Of a stretch of DNA of 64,000 bases, positions 23,127-34,700 are shown piece by piece (position 1 is the stretch's first letter; every line of letters begins with the position of its first letter). The stretch covers positions 1 through 64,000 of the forward strand of contig OZ025648.1 of the NCBI GenBank assembly GCA_964019335.1, read 5' to 3'. The stretch comes from Diplonema japonicum. Lineage: Eukaryota > Protista > Euglenozoa: Diplonemea. Made by a program: the position numbers and the translations under genes. Under the pieces are notes generated by a model. It was given only the letters and a program-made list of their open reading frames with translations, had not been told where the DNA came from and made no database searches.

Positions 23127-26100
23127 CTAGTAGTCGCCATCCAGCCTCCATGAACCCACCTCCCGTAGTTTGTCTCGTTCGCTGATGAACGGCTGTCCTA
23201 TTTCGTTAATCTGCATATCACCGCAGTAGGGACAGTCATTGGAGAGGAACCCCTGCAGCTCGCTGTGAATTGACCGCTGCCGGCTCTCGCTCTCGGTATC
23301 TCTCATTCTGTCTTCCAGCTGTCGTATGGACTTCATCATACGCAGGCCGTCGTCACTGCTGTCTTCGTCGAGGTACTTTTTCACCTTAGCAAGCAAACAC
23401 TTCTCATGGAAGATGTGACCGCATGCTGAGAAAACACAAAAGTCCCTCGCCAGCACAAGATGCGAACACTCGATGCATGAGTCCTGTTCCCTGACGTAGA
23501 AGTAATCATTCTTTAGATCAGAAATGTCTTCCTTGATACCCTCCGCAGACCGGGTCACCTCGTCCATCCCCTTCTTCAGGATATCCAGTTTCTTGTTGTA
23601 CCCACCAAGGCTCTCACAAATCTCGTCCTTGAAGTCCTGGATGTACACAAAATCGGGAAAGTACGGAAGGATGTCCTCCAACTCCAGCACACGGCACTCT
23701 CGATCCCGCAGCATATCGATTACCTCCTTAACGCCCTGCGTGAAGCGGTGAAAGAAAAAACTTAAAAATAAACATACGTTTCTATGGTTCTTCACAATAT
23801 GCTGCACGATACACATCCAGAATCTCTTCTTGTTCGCATCGTCCTCATCTGACTCTTCAGCAACCTGCAATGCGTGTGTACCTTACAGTGCAGCCATACC
23901 ATCTTAGCAAGTTTCGTGTCACCTGTAGCCAACGCAAACCTTACGGCATCTTCATAAAGCTGGAGAGCTGAGTAGATGTGGACGCAAGCACGGTGTTTCT
24001 CTTCCGTAAGACACAGACGAAGAGCGTACTTCAGATCGTAGATGGGATTGTCCATGTGCTCTTGCAGGAAGCGCAGCAGGTCCGTGTCATCGTTTTGCTT
24101 GGCGTACAATGAAAGGAGCATGTTGTGAATAGCTTTGTCCTTGTTGCCTTGGTCGTCTACCAGCCACTGCAGGTACCTGATGGCCTGGTTTTTCGTCACA
24201 CCCGGCGGGTTGTATTTCACGTGGTACTTGATTAGAGCAGGGATAAGACGCGGTGGCTTCAGGAAAGGTCTCTTCCCATGCTCGACACGCATCCAACCGG
24301 TCACGAGCGCAACAGGTGCGTGCTGGATGAGACGTGGGCTGAACTGGTACCACAACTCGTCGTACTGCTCCGAGAAGCAGTGTTCGGTGAGAATGCTCAT
24401 GGCGCTCTCGTACTCACCATGGGTCACGTGCTGCGCAATTACCCTGCGATAGTCCTTCAGCAACTCCACGAAATACAACAGCTCCTCCGGATTTGCTAAA
24501 CTCGCAAGAAGATCGCAGATGGTAGACTTATCCAAAAAGTTCAGATCCAAATAGTACTCGATAAAGGTGTGGAACTCGTACTGCACCTCCTCGTACTTCT
24601 CCTCATCGCCCATTGCATCGTTTAGCTGCACAAGGTACAATTGCGTAACCCACGTGCACAGGCAGCACAGCTGCGATCTCTCTTGCAGCCTTGTCTGTAT
24701 TCTGGACTCCATGAACTTCAGGCGGTACAACAGGAAGCCGAGGAGCTCATCCATCTTGTTGTTCTTTATAAACTTGATCACAATCTCCTCGAAACTCTTC
24801 GTTGTAGTGCTGTACACCCTTGCAGCCTGGCCGTACTCTTCAACTTCGAAGTAAAAGTCACCAAGCGCCGAGTTAACGCACGCAGTCTTCTCCGGCTCTC
24901 CTTTGCAGAGATCAGCTGCGATCTGGAAATAGGTCTCCCTGTCGCGCTCCTTCGGATCCATCGCGCGCTCCAAGAAGCTGCGGAGGTGGTTGGGCAAGCT
25001 GGGCATACCTTTTCCACGTCACGTTGTTGTTAGAATTCGTGTCATAGAGCTCGTGAACAGATTTCTGCGAATGTCAGTGTCGCGTGTCCTGCCATACCGT
25101 TGAATAGATGTACGTCTTTCCTGTGATGACATCTTGCACGATGTTCCGCCCTTCATTGTGAAACCCTGCACTGAACGGCTTGCTCCACACTGTCCGCTGC
25201 TTGATCTCGTGTGGCTGCAGCTTCTCCCGAGAGTTTGAAGCCACCCAACTAAGACCAGGCGGCTGTGCGATCACCTGGATGCGGTCTGCGTAAAGCAGGA
25301 AGAAGTGGTGCTCAGATATCGTAAGTCCCTTCAACGGTGACTCGCTCTAGTGATGGAGATGGGCAGATCAGAAGACATACCATCGTTGTGTCGAAAGACA
25401 GCACCGTCTCGGAGGTCAGGACTGTGTCTTGGCGCTTGGAGAAATTCATCTTTCCGTGCATAATGCCCGCCTTGGTGCTCCAGGCGAAAACAATGGGCGG
25501 CTCGTTAATGGACTTCCGGTACATGCGCAGGTCAGAGTGCGTCCCAGGCATCTCCCGCTACGTGGTGTTGCTTACAGTGTGTTTGCATACCAGCGAGGGG
25601 GTGTCGTTCGCAAAGACGGCATCGAGGGTAGGTCCGCCTACGTACTGGAAGAGACGCGAGGAGGCAGTGGCGATGACTAGCAGATGGCCGCCAGCCTCAA
25701 ACTTCTCGATGTGGAGGCTCGTCACAGGAGAGTCAACATTCAAGGCGGTCATCTGCTTCTTGGGCTTCCAACCTGTCTTGGCATCGTGCTTCACCTGTGG
25801 AGAATGATTTAATTTGCAACATAACTGGTACCTCATAAATGCACCCGTTTACGTCACCCAGCAGGATACTCCCACCGCACACTTGGTTGTCAGAGTTGTC
25901 CCAGCCGACAGACTCTATCACGATGCCACTGATCTGGCTGCACTTCGAAGCCTTCTCATCCTTGTGCAGGTTAACGTAGTAGTTATCTCCACTGTTCAAA
26001 GAGATGATGAGATGCACGCCCCTTGCGTCCATGAAGATCTAGAAGAACATGAAGCGAAGTAGAGCAGCGCATACCTTGTGCACGTTGTCATCCATCGTTT

Positions 26101-26314
26101 TCGACAGCGGCTTCTTCAGCGTCGTCAGGTTGTACACAATGACACGCCATTTCTTCTTATTAGGCTCGTCCACGATGAGAGCTAGTGTGTCATTGCACAC
26201 TGTCAGCTGCCTAATCGTTCCCTCAAAGGGGATCTCAATCTCCTCAAGCTGGAACATCTCTCCTTCACTAACTCCATACTGCATATGGTCCTCTTCATAA
26301 TCCCAATCTGCCAT
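23127..26314 (-). CDS. VPS18: Vacuolar protein sorting 18 (Pep3), HOPS/CORVET subunit, about 8 introns
   Basis: IESVGW..., ILLG, SFEEIVIKF, TWVTQLYL, AIHNMLLSLY, YDLKYALRLC, LEDILPYFPDF and C-terminal RING-H2 (C..C...CGHIFH..C...CPYCG). Confidence 0.93.
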
Positions 26315-26598
26315 TGTGTATCCTGTGCAAGCATTGAGAAACAACTACGCGATTTAAACAAATAAAAAATGGATAGCAACAGATAACTCTGTATGAGGGT
26401 AATCTAAAGCCTCGATGCATCTCCGCACAGCTGTGCAGCTGCAGAAGCTTTAGGAATTAACATAAGAAAGGAATACTAAAGTAGGCGCAAGAACGACGGT
26501 CTGGCTAGTAACATTGCCAACTCGAAACCTACGAAAACAAAAACAAACTCCGTACGACGGAGTCTGGCAGTAGTTAGGAATGGAAATGAATTAATTAA

Positions 26599-27417
26599 TT
26601 ACAAAAGGTCATATGCCACGCTGTGCTGCGCTATGGCTTCGCCAAGAGTCGCAGCAAAGGCTCTCGTGACATTCCTATCCTTGCGCTGGAAGGAACCTGT
26701 TTCAACTTGCATGACAGAAGCTTTATTAGTGTAAGGGGTAGTGACAACAATGTCAGTGTGCTCCACACGGGAGTAGCGCACAGTGCAGTAGCCGCCTTCG
26801 AAAGTCTTCATCTCTTGGGGGAAGGATGAGAGAGGCACGTGAAGGGGAGGGTCGATGTCGACGCCCTGATCTTCAAGGCACCCGAGGAGGGACTTCTCGC
26901 CGATCAGGAACTCTTCCCCGTGCTTTTCCACGTGGTGTTCACACGAGAGGCCGTTCTTCGTACCACGAATAGTACACAGCAACATGTACCCTTGTCCGTG
27001 CAGGTCGAACATCATGGGCACCTTGTTGTACTTGGTAGTCATCTCGTCGATGAACATCTCAACCGTGTTGTGGTATTCCCTGTAGTACTTAGCCATCTCT
27101 TCTCCTTCGTAGCTCTCAGCAGGAGGTCTGTTCAAGTCGCAGTACTTCCTGATGATCATAGCCCTGACCCAGTACACGTGAATTCCCTGCTTAGCAAGGT
27201 ACGCTACTGTGTCATCCAAAAGTTCCTGAGTCATGGCGTCCGGAGTCACGATAGTAGACGGGAGCTCAACCTTCCTGCTGTCCACGTCGTGGAAGCCGAA
27301 GTACCCACCGTGCGGGGCCGTCAGGATCACAGGACATGTGCCTCTGCCATATTCGATGTAGCTGCGCTCGCTGTCGTAGTAGAGCATTTCTTCTTTGTGT
27401 GTGTTCACTGTCACCAT
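26599..27417 (-). CDS. N-formylglutamate amidohydrolase-like Zn hydrolase, intronless
   Basis: PVILTAPHGG, RKYCDLNRP, YREYH, FDLHG, GGY and MQVE motifs. Confidence 0.75.
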   Translation of the reverse strand: MVTVNTHKEEMLYYDSERSYIEYGRGTCPVILTAPHGGYFGFHDVDSRKVELPSTIVTPDAMTQELLDDTVAYLAKQGIHVYWVRAMIIRKYCDLNRPPAESYEGEEMAKYYREYHNTVEMFIDEMTTKYNKVPMMFDLHGQGYMLLCTIRGTKNGLSCEHHVEKHGEEFLIGEKSLLGCLEDQGVDIDPPLHVPLSSFPQEMKTFEGGYCTVRYSRVEHTDIVVTTPYTNKASVMQVETGSFQRKDRNVTRAFAATLGEAIAQHSVAYDLL

Positions 27418-27684
27418 CTTAATATACAAACGTTAGAAGAACTGTTGTGGTGTTGAAAGCGTGTGGCGAAACAAAAATAAACAGTGATTCGAAAAGACTA
27501 TTCACTTCGAAAGCTCGGAAGGGTAATGTGAAAAACAAACAGTGACTTGCAGCAACAGCGATCAAAGAGCAAAACGTTTCTTTATTGTTTCGTTAATAAA
27601 TCATAATTCTCTACTACAACACACAGACACAAGCATAGGTAATTTTTCTCAGCGTATCACCGGCACTGCTGTCAGTTTAATACC

Positions 27685-28905
27685 TCACGCCTTCGTGGCA
27701 ACGACCACCTTAGTGAGACCACCGATCATCTCAAATGACGAGTCAACCGATTCAAACCCAGCGTCCTTCATGTGCGAGGTAACATTGGCGGGGCACAAGC
27801 CTAGACCCTCCGCATTGACAGCCACGTGCTGAAGTGCCCACAAAGCGGCGATAGGGGGACCGTCCAACGTATCGTCAACCATGAAGTCGTGCACGATGAG
27901 GCGCCCGCCAGGTACGAGTGCCTTGTACGCCTGCTCATACAGAGGGCGGATGAGACTGGCGGGGACAGACCCCGACAGGTATGACATCAGCACTACATCA
28001 TGCTTTCCATCGTCAACTGGCCACTCAACAAGCGCTGTCCCCGACCTGTACTCAATGCGGCTTGCAACCTGTCATATGTCGTCGATATTTCTTATTCACA
28101 CCTCTGGCTTCTCTTCAGCAACAATGGACCTCCCCGTCTCTGCAACCTCTGGCAACTCCAGGACGGTCGCGTTCAAATTCGGGTTGCTGCAGTGCTTTGA
28201 ACATGCAATTGAACTACATACTTACGGGCCATCACAATACTGAAGGCACCCGAACCACCACCGACATCGAGGAACTTGCCGACGTTGGACAAATCCAGCT
28301 TCTTGCTCTGCAAGTAGGGTTGATTGGAGGGAAACAAACAATAGCTGCATACCAGCATCTTCGCCGTTGCAAGAGAACCGTTGTGCTGTGCCATAGTGTA
28401 CATCCTGGCCTCTGCAGGATCCTCGAACCAGCTGCTGTACGTGGGTGCCTCCCCAGATGTCATGATCTTGCCGAGGTCCGTGAGGCGCTTGTAGAACTGC
28501 CTCCCGATCTGGTACTTGATGTAATCGCCGTAGTAGTGTCTCGAACCCTCCACGAGGTACCTCTCCACAGGAGGTGTAAGAGTGTAAACCCCCTCGCTTG
28601 ATCTATCCAGCATCCCGTGCGCCGTGAGTGCTGTAAGAAGTGTCTGCAGCCTCGGCTCTGCAATATTCAGCGTCTTCTGCATGTCAGCAATCCTAGCATT
28701 CTCACTCTTCTGTATCACGTCAAAAAGCCCTAATTCCAAACCAGCAAAGAGTCCCTGTGGTCATGTGTGTCGCTACAAACGTGCATACCTGCGATGCCAT
28801 GTATCCATAGGCAATAGCATCGATATCTACTTCCTTCCTGCCACTGCACTGCCTCACCTGTCTAGGGGCTGCCCGCACACCATTTCTAATGATTTTTGAA
28901 AACAT
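27685..28905 (-). CDS. DSYB: DSYB/DsyB-like SAM-dependent methylthiohydroxybutyrate methyltransferase (DMSP synthesis), predicted mitochondrial transit peptide, 4 introns
   Basis: IDAIAYGYMASQ.LFAGLELGLFD, YYGDYIKYQIGRQFY, WFEDPAEA..YTMAQHNGS, DVGGGSGAFS, VLMSYLSGSVP and HDFMVD..LDGP..AALWALQHV match DsyB/DSYB blocks as I recall them. Introns 28755-28788, 28308-28352, 28187-28221 and 28069-28101. Confidence 0.82.
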
Positions 28906-29151
28906 CTGGGTTCACCTGTGGGTGCCTTTTTGGTGGCTTAAAATAAGAAACTCAAACCCGTACCCAGTGAACACAATAACGGAGAGGTACAACCACCAAA
29001 TAAATTCATTATGATGGGGAGAAGTGTTAGCAACGGCTCATCATAAAAAATAAAATAAAGAGAAGAAAAAAAAACCAGGAACAACGGATAACGCGGCCTT
29101 TTAAAGCCTTTCGTTCGGAACACACCTGCCTTCATGAAAACTTGAGCGCTT

Positions 29152-30287
29152 CTAGAGGTTGTGGGGGAAGTTCGTCTTTTCAGCGAGGCGACGGAGACGG
29201 AGCAGGATAGCTTGGTCCTCGGAAGGCAGTTTGCAGGAACCGGCACCGCTGTGACAGAACTAAATATGTGTTTTATGCATACCCGCAAGACAAGGTGTTC
29301 GAGTCCTTGTCGTACGACAGGTTGCCAGAGGGGGCCACAGCACCGCCCCTCATCTCCACAATAAGCTGGCCCGACGCACCGTTGAACTTCACCCTGTCGC
29401 CTTCCGCGTCAGTGAACTCAACGAAGTTCTGTTGTGTCTTTGTTTAAGTCTTTGGCATGCATACCCCGACAAGGTTGTGCGAGAGGCCGGTGTTGTCAGC
29501 AAGAGTGGCAAGCTGCCCGACAAGAATCTCCCTCCTGTTTTCGGGGAACTCGATCTTCGACGAGCTATAATGTAGGTAACCAGACCGCATTCGAAGCATA
29601 CCTGACCGTGACAGAGCCAGTGGGCTCATCGTAAGTGATGCTCTTGCTGAGGGAACCGACGGCCTTACCACCAACAGTCACATCGATCTCGCCCTCGCCA
29701 GTTCGCCTGAACGACACAAGGTCGCCCTTATCGGTGACGAAGCCCACTGAGGTAGACTTTCCGGTCTGGATCTTCGCGTTGATCTGTTTTGTTTGGGTCG
29801 AAGGACGAGCAGCATACCCTGTCGGTCAGGCTGTTGATGTAGGTCTCGTTGTCCTTCGTCAGGTCGTCCATCTTCTGACGCGCAGTGAGGAGCTCGTTCT
29901 GGGTGGCCTTCAACCTGCTGGCCATGTTTTCCATCTCGCCCGTAAGCTGCTCAGACCCCTTAGTGCACTGCAGGAAGTCATCACTCAAGAGCCTCAGCTC
30001 GGCGGTTTTGCCCTGTGTGGATGTTAGAACACCATAATGGAGTTGCATACCATGTCCTGTTCTTGCTCCTTGGCCTTTGTCTCCAAAGCAGCGATGTTCC
30101 TCCTCAGCTCGGACAACTGTTTGTCTTTGCTGTTGTCATTCTGCGACCCATAGGTGAGCGCGAAGAGACCACCCCCGAAAGCAGTTCCAACAGCGAACAT
30201 CTTGATTGCGCTGTTGTCACCACCGGCGGCCGTCGTCGTGCTCGCCCATCGCCCTTGCCTGCCGACACACCTCACCGCACGACGCAT
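29152..30287 (-). CDS. Probable mitochondrial single-pass protein: transit peptide, TM, coiled coil and two copies of an ~80-aa domain ending in LA...HNL
   Basis: R-rich presequence MRRAVRCVGRQGRWAS, TM AVGTAFGGGLFALTYG. The spliced C-terminus has two repeats F.D..GD.V.F...L.YD...L..LA......HNL. About 5 short introns. Confidence 0.65.
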
Positions 30288-30336
30288 GTTTATTTGATGC
30301 TCTGTCATGAATGGGTAACAGCAGGTCAGAGAAGTA

Positions 30337-31347
30337 CTAATAGAAATCTGCCCATCCAATGAACAGTAAAAAAAGAATGTAGCACACATAAACAAAGACA
30401 GGCGTGCTAGTATTCCGCCATCTGTCATATACGGTCTTCAAAAGAGAAGGACCCTCATCTAATTTATCCAACCATGAGCCTTCCTGTGCTTTGGATTGCA
30501 GCCCTTGCTGTGTGATGTCTTTCAATTTCAAGGACATTATCCACCTCGGTACCGAATATACCACCTCGCGAGGCAAAGAAGGACCGCAGTGCACCATGAC
30601 ACCTGCACCCATCCTGAATCCGAAAAAGTCAGAAATGAGACTACCGACCGAAGAAGATAAAGGAAGCTCAGGGCAGGTGCCCCACAGGAGAAACAAGCGT
30701 AGTTTTTTGTCCGTCTCCAATGACATGTTGTTGCTGTTTGTCACTTGTCCGGCTTTGCACGCAAAGTCAAGAACCTTGCCCACAGTCCACCTTTTGTTCA
30801 CGACCACATAGCGGGGGCGTGCCAGCAAGCCTACCGTGTAATGTACTCTCAACCCCACTCGTGACTCGATGCTGATGTTGTTTGTATCGAGTTTGGTCAG
30901 GTCGTTGGCGTAGCGCCATGTGTAAAAGGGCTGCACTGCCTCCGTTGGTGACAATTCGTTAGACTCACTACTCTTGGTATTCCCAGATACGTCGATATTC
31001 ACACAAGGATGATCCTGCGGGTGTCTGTGGCTTACACAATGTTTCCTCCCGCAGTCCTCACATAGGACAGACACTGCATCATGCGCAGTGCAACCCTCTA
31101 CCATGCATTGCGTGGTTTCTACTATTGTCACTTCTTTGCATTCATGAAATTCGGAGAGCGAAAATCTCTCCCTGCACTTTGCACACGTGCCCGTATCCTT
31201 CAAACCCCTGCATCGGTGCGCTTCAGGCGCCATATGACTGCTGCATGTCACAGCGCTGCAGTACTTGCACTGCGACGCAAGAAGGTCGTACTCGCCGCAC
31301 CCTGGTGCCAAACAGACTTCCCCCAAGTCAGGGTACAGCAAGGACAT
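30337..31347 (-). CDS. AN1-type zinc finger protein (ZFAND1/Cuz1-like) with ubiquitin-like domain and hydrophobic C-terminus
   Basis: PDLGEVC...C...DLL...C..C....C..H......H.C, a second AN1 finger C..C....CVSHRHPQDHPC, and WTVGKVLDFAC...N.NN. Confidence 0.82.
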   Translation of the reverse strand: MSLLYPDLGEVCLAPGCGEYDLLASQCKYCSAVTCSSHMAPEAHRCRGLKDTGTCAKCRERFSLSEFHECKEVTIVETTQCMVEGCTAHDAVSVLCEDCGRKHCVSHRHPQDHPCVNIDVSGNTKSSESNELSPTEAVQPFYTWRYANDLTKLDTNNISIESRVGLRVHYTVGLLARPRYVVVNKRWTVGKVLDFACKAGQVTNSNNMSLETDKKLRLFLLWGTCPELPLSSSVGSLISDFFGFRMGAGVMVHCGPSLPREVVYSVPRWIMSLKLKDITQQGLQSKAQEGSWLDKLDEGPSLLKTVYDRWRNTSTPVFVYVCYILFLLFIGWADFY

Positions 31348-31387
31348 CTATCTGTGAACTTTGTGTGAAACATTAAAACAATATAAG

Positions 31388-34300
31388 TTACGCATCTCTA
31401 ATGGAGCTCCGCTCCTGAAGGAACAACCTTACCTTTGATAGCCAATTGGAAACCTCAACGTTGCTCGAGTACCTTTTGTCGACCATAACCCCTGCAAGCC
31501 ACATCACATATCTAATGTCGAGACCTCCTAAGCACTCTGTTGGAACTGCCTTGACAATCAAGTCCTTGGGTGTTCTGTTGAAGTGCATGGCGCTCTTCAC
31601 CACATCCTGTTGTGCTTTGAAGAAAAGAGGAATGCTGGCATACCATAACCTGCTTTTGATTTTTAAAAGGAACCTTCTTGTGAAGTGCAGCTGTCAGCTG
31701 GCACCACCTGTCCGATACAGGTCCATAGTCATTGTCCTCAAGGGGCACGTGCAGGCACGACTCACAGAGATCAACACGGAACTTGTCAACTCCTATTTTC
31801 TGGATGAATACTGCTACAAACATCTTTTGTATTGCGGGGGGGTAGCTGCCCAGTCGCTTGTGCAGAGCAAGATGCAACGGAGCTACTACATGAGAGATGA
31901 GAAGTGGGTACACAGCGTGGTTGTAAGGCACTCGCAAGTGTTGTGCGTGCAAGAGAGCAGTCGGAATGATCTCAGAGTTGTTAGGTGCCTTGTCCATCAC
32001 GATATCTACCACAGTGTTAACAAGCTTAGATGCAGACAGATACTGCATGCCGTACTGGTACACTGCCACCAACATGTACAACGCATGCCGGGAGATAGCA
32101 GTTCTGCAGTACTCCGCAAGTCTAGTCATGAAATTCAAGCACCCTTGTAGGTGTCGCTTGTCTAAAGACACAAACAAAGTGGACGCTTCCTTTACAGTGA
32201 ACAGTATGTAGTTCTGCTTGTCCATCAATGCAGCCGCCCTGTTAATAATCAACTGGTGACGTTTTGGTGTCACCTTCACGAAACCCACAGCACGGTGACC
32301 TCTAATTAGCCGAACCAGCGCATCACCCGCCATGTATGGGTACCGCTCCGCCAAACTGCCCACTTCGAATACCAAAGACGTTGCCATCGCGTGTTTGCCA
32401 TGCAGCAGCAGCAGGCCGACCATCCACTGCAGCAAATATGCATACCCGTCGAAAATACGTTGCGAAGTTCTCGTCCACCTTCTGGCCAATACCCTGCGAG
32501 TATACAATATTGCAAAGTCCTTCCCCAACCCCCACTCCACAGGACACCGTGCGAAGACCTGTGCAACAGCTTCTGCCTGTTTTGGGTGGAACCCATTAGC
32601 ATTCCTTGCACTCCATTTCGATACCTCGTCCAGCAACTTCCTTCTACCCAATAAGTTCTTTCTCTGCACCGTTCGCATGAGCAGCTCTACGTTGTTGTGG
32701 GTTAAGGTGGTCCGCGACACAGAATTAAGCATCGTTGATTTTACTGGTAAGTACCCTGTGGTACGATGAGGGCAGTTCGACGCGTAATTTACGAAACGAC
32801 TTGAGGTATACACTCGCACCTGCTGAGGCCAAGGCTCCAGCAAAACGACTGTCGTTGAGGCGAGATAAAAGGGAGCTCAGGATATGGCTGGAAACATGCC
32901 GCAACTCTGTCAAAGCATGTAACAAGTTATAGGCATCAACGTTTCCTATGCTGTGAATGTGCTTCATATCATTCAGCGCATTGCTGAGCCAAGCACGGTC
33001 AATGGGGACTGACAGCTCAGTGCATGACCAGAGCACAGACGGCAGGTTTTGGGGGTCAGCATGTTGCAGCAGCACAGCACACGCCTTAGGAGCATTATAA
33101 CTAACTCGTGCTAGTGACCACATCACGGAAGCGAGGCTTGAGGACGACATGCTCTTTACGAAGCCATGGCTCTCGTACATTTCACATATTTGGCACATTA
33201 GACCTGGCCTGATACACCTGATGGCAGCAACACCCCACAACACTCTTGATAAACTCTCCGCATTAAATGAAAGCAGCAGCTCAGCATCGAGCATCAGAGT
33301 ACCACACATGTTCGACACTACACGGTGTACCTTTGCACACACCGTGTCAGAAACCAAAGGAGCAGCACTGCTGCTGATAAGGTTTGACACAAGGGGTCGG
33401 AAACCATTTGGTTTTTGAGTCTTGCCACGGCTCTCCAAATCGCGAGTTAGATACGCGTTAAGGCATTTATTTATCCTCCTACTAACAACCCTTTTGACTA
33501 CATTACTTTGCTTGCCTGCCGGCCGATGTTCTACAACAGTGTGCACCACCTGCACTTCATCAGGGCTCGCTCTCTGGTACACCTTCCCTAGTGAGTCAAA
33601 CAACAGACAGTAGTTGAGATGGTGTTTTAGTGAGATGTCAGACATTGCAACGAGTCTGTCCATCATGCTGTGTACCAGAGTGTCACAATTTGATTCTAGC
33701 GCAACTGCGGCGTTGAAGACAGTAGTGAAAGTCCGTATGTCCATACTAGCTAGGTCGCCTGCTGCGGAAGCTGAGAGTTGCATGACGAATGTAGGCATCT
33801 TGTGGCTGAGCCGCGCAAGCGACGAGAGAATTGTGGACAGCTGCTCGGGGCTGTGGTTTGTGTCGCGTATGACCTGCACGATGCTGCCGGCCATGTCACG
33901 TGTGCCCCTCACCTGCGATAAGGACCACAGGACATTGACTGCTTGGCGCTGGTCGACGCTGGGGCTCGCAACAAAGCACTTCAACAGCGTGTCGAAAAGC
34001 TGCTCACTGTAATAAGCATGCCGTGCGTAGCCCCACATGGTGTTGGCACACGCTTGGGGTGTAAACCTTCCTTGCATGTCTTGCTTCAGAGACCTTACAG
34101 AAAGATTGTGCATAACCTCTGTATCTTTGTAGCTTGTCACTCCTAAGGCCCACATGATGTTAGACACGTCCTGGGGAGACCACTTGAAAGCTGAAAGCAC
34201 TTCATTAGCATTGAGCCTGCCGCTGAGCACACGAAGTGTTGTTGTTGCGTCCTTCGTTATATCCTTGCCCCGTGTCACCTTCGCTATGCTCCACATCGTC

Positions 34301-34593
34301 ACGGCTATATGATAAGGGACCGTCAGCTCATCGGCTTTCATCCACAAAACGTTGTACATTCTGTTGTAGAAAACATCACAATTGACTGACATTGCCCCTA
34401 AGGCCTGAAGCGTCATTGCTACCTCACGCACTCCATACCTTTCAGCAACTACGCTCTTTAGCGACTCTTTCACGAACAGTGCGGCCTGCTTCCGTACCTC
34501 ATCCTTCTGTACTCTACTACCCTTCTTGTGCAGCGCAGCAAGCTGCTTTACCTCATCAAGGACATCGACTGGGAATCGAAACGACCGATTCAT
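31388..34593 (-). CDS. Helical-repeat (FAST/OPR/HPR-like) organellar RNA-binding protein
   Basis: Repeated PQDVSNIMWALG, PQACANTMWGYA, LSRVLWGVA and LASVMWSLARV. ORFs 32725-34656 and 31512-32843 join through a 64-nt intron (about 32756-32819), with another intron near 31608-31643. Confidence 0.7.
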
Positions 34594-34700
34594 GCATGCT
34601 GAACCCTGCTGCAAACTAGAGCCGACAAAAAAGGGGAGTGAAAAAATACATAGCATCTATATTTACTTCTAACTGTTTTTCATTGACACAAATTATACAG

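Noticed and set aside
26341-26400. Possible spliced-leader RNA gene (AACTA...GTATGAG)
   Set aside because: It lacks the conserved CAGTTTCTGTACT core and TTG|GT junction of euglenozoan SL exons.
28069-28101. In-frame TGA codons in DSYB suggesting selenocysteine or stop reassignment
   Set aside because: They fall inside a 33-nt GT-AG intron. TAA, TAG and TGA all serve as normal stops elsewhere in the window.
32725-32843. Apparent overlapping genes or programmed frameshift (also 16894-16937 and 22353-22378)
   Set aside because: Each is resolved by a canonical GT-AG intron that restores the frame.
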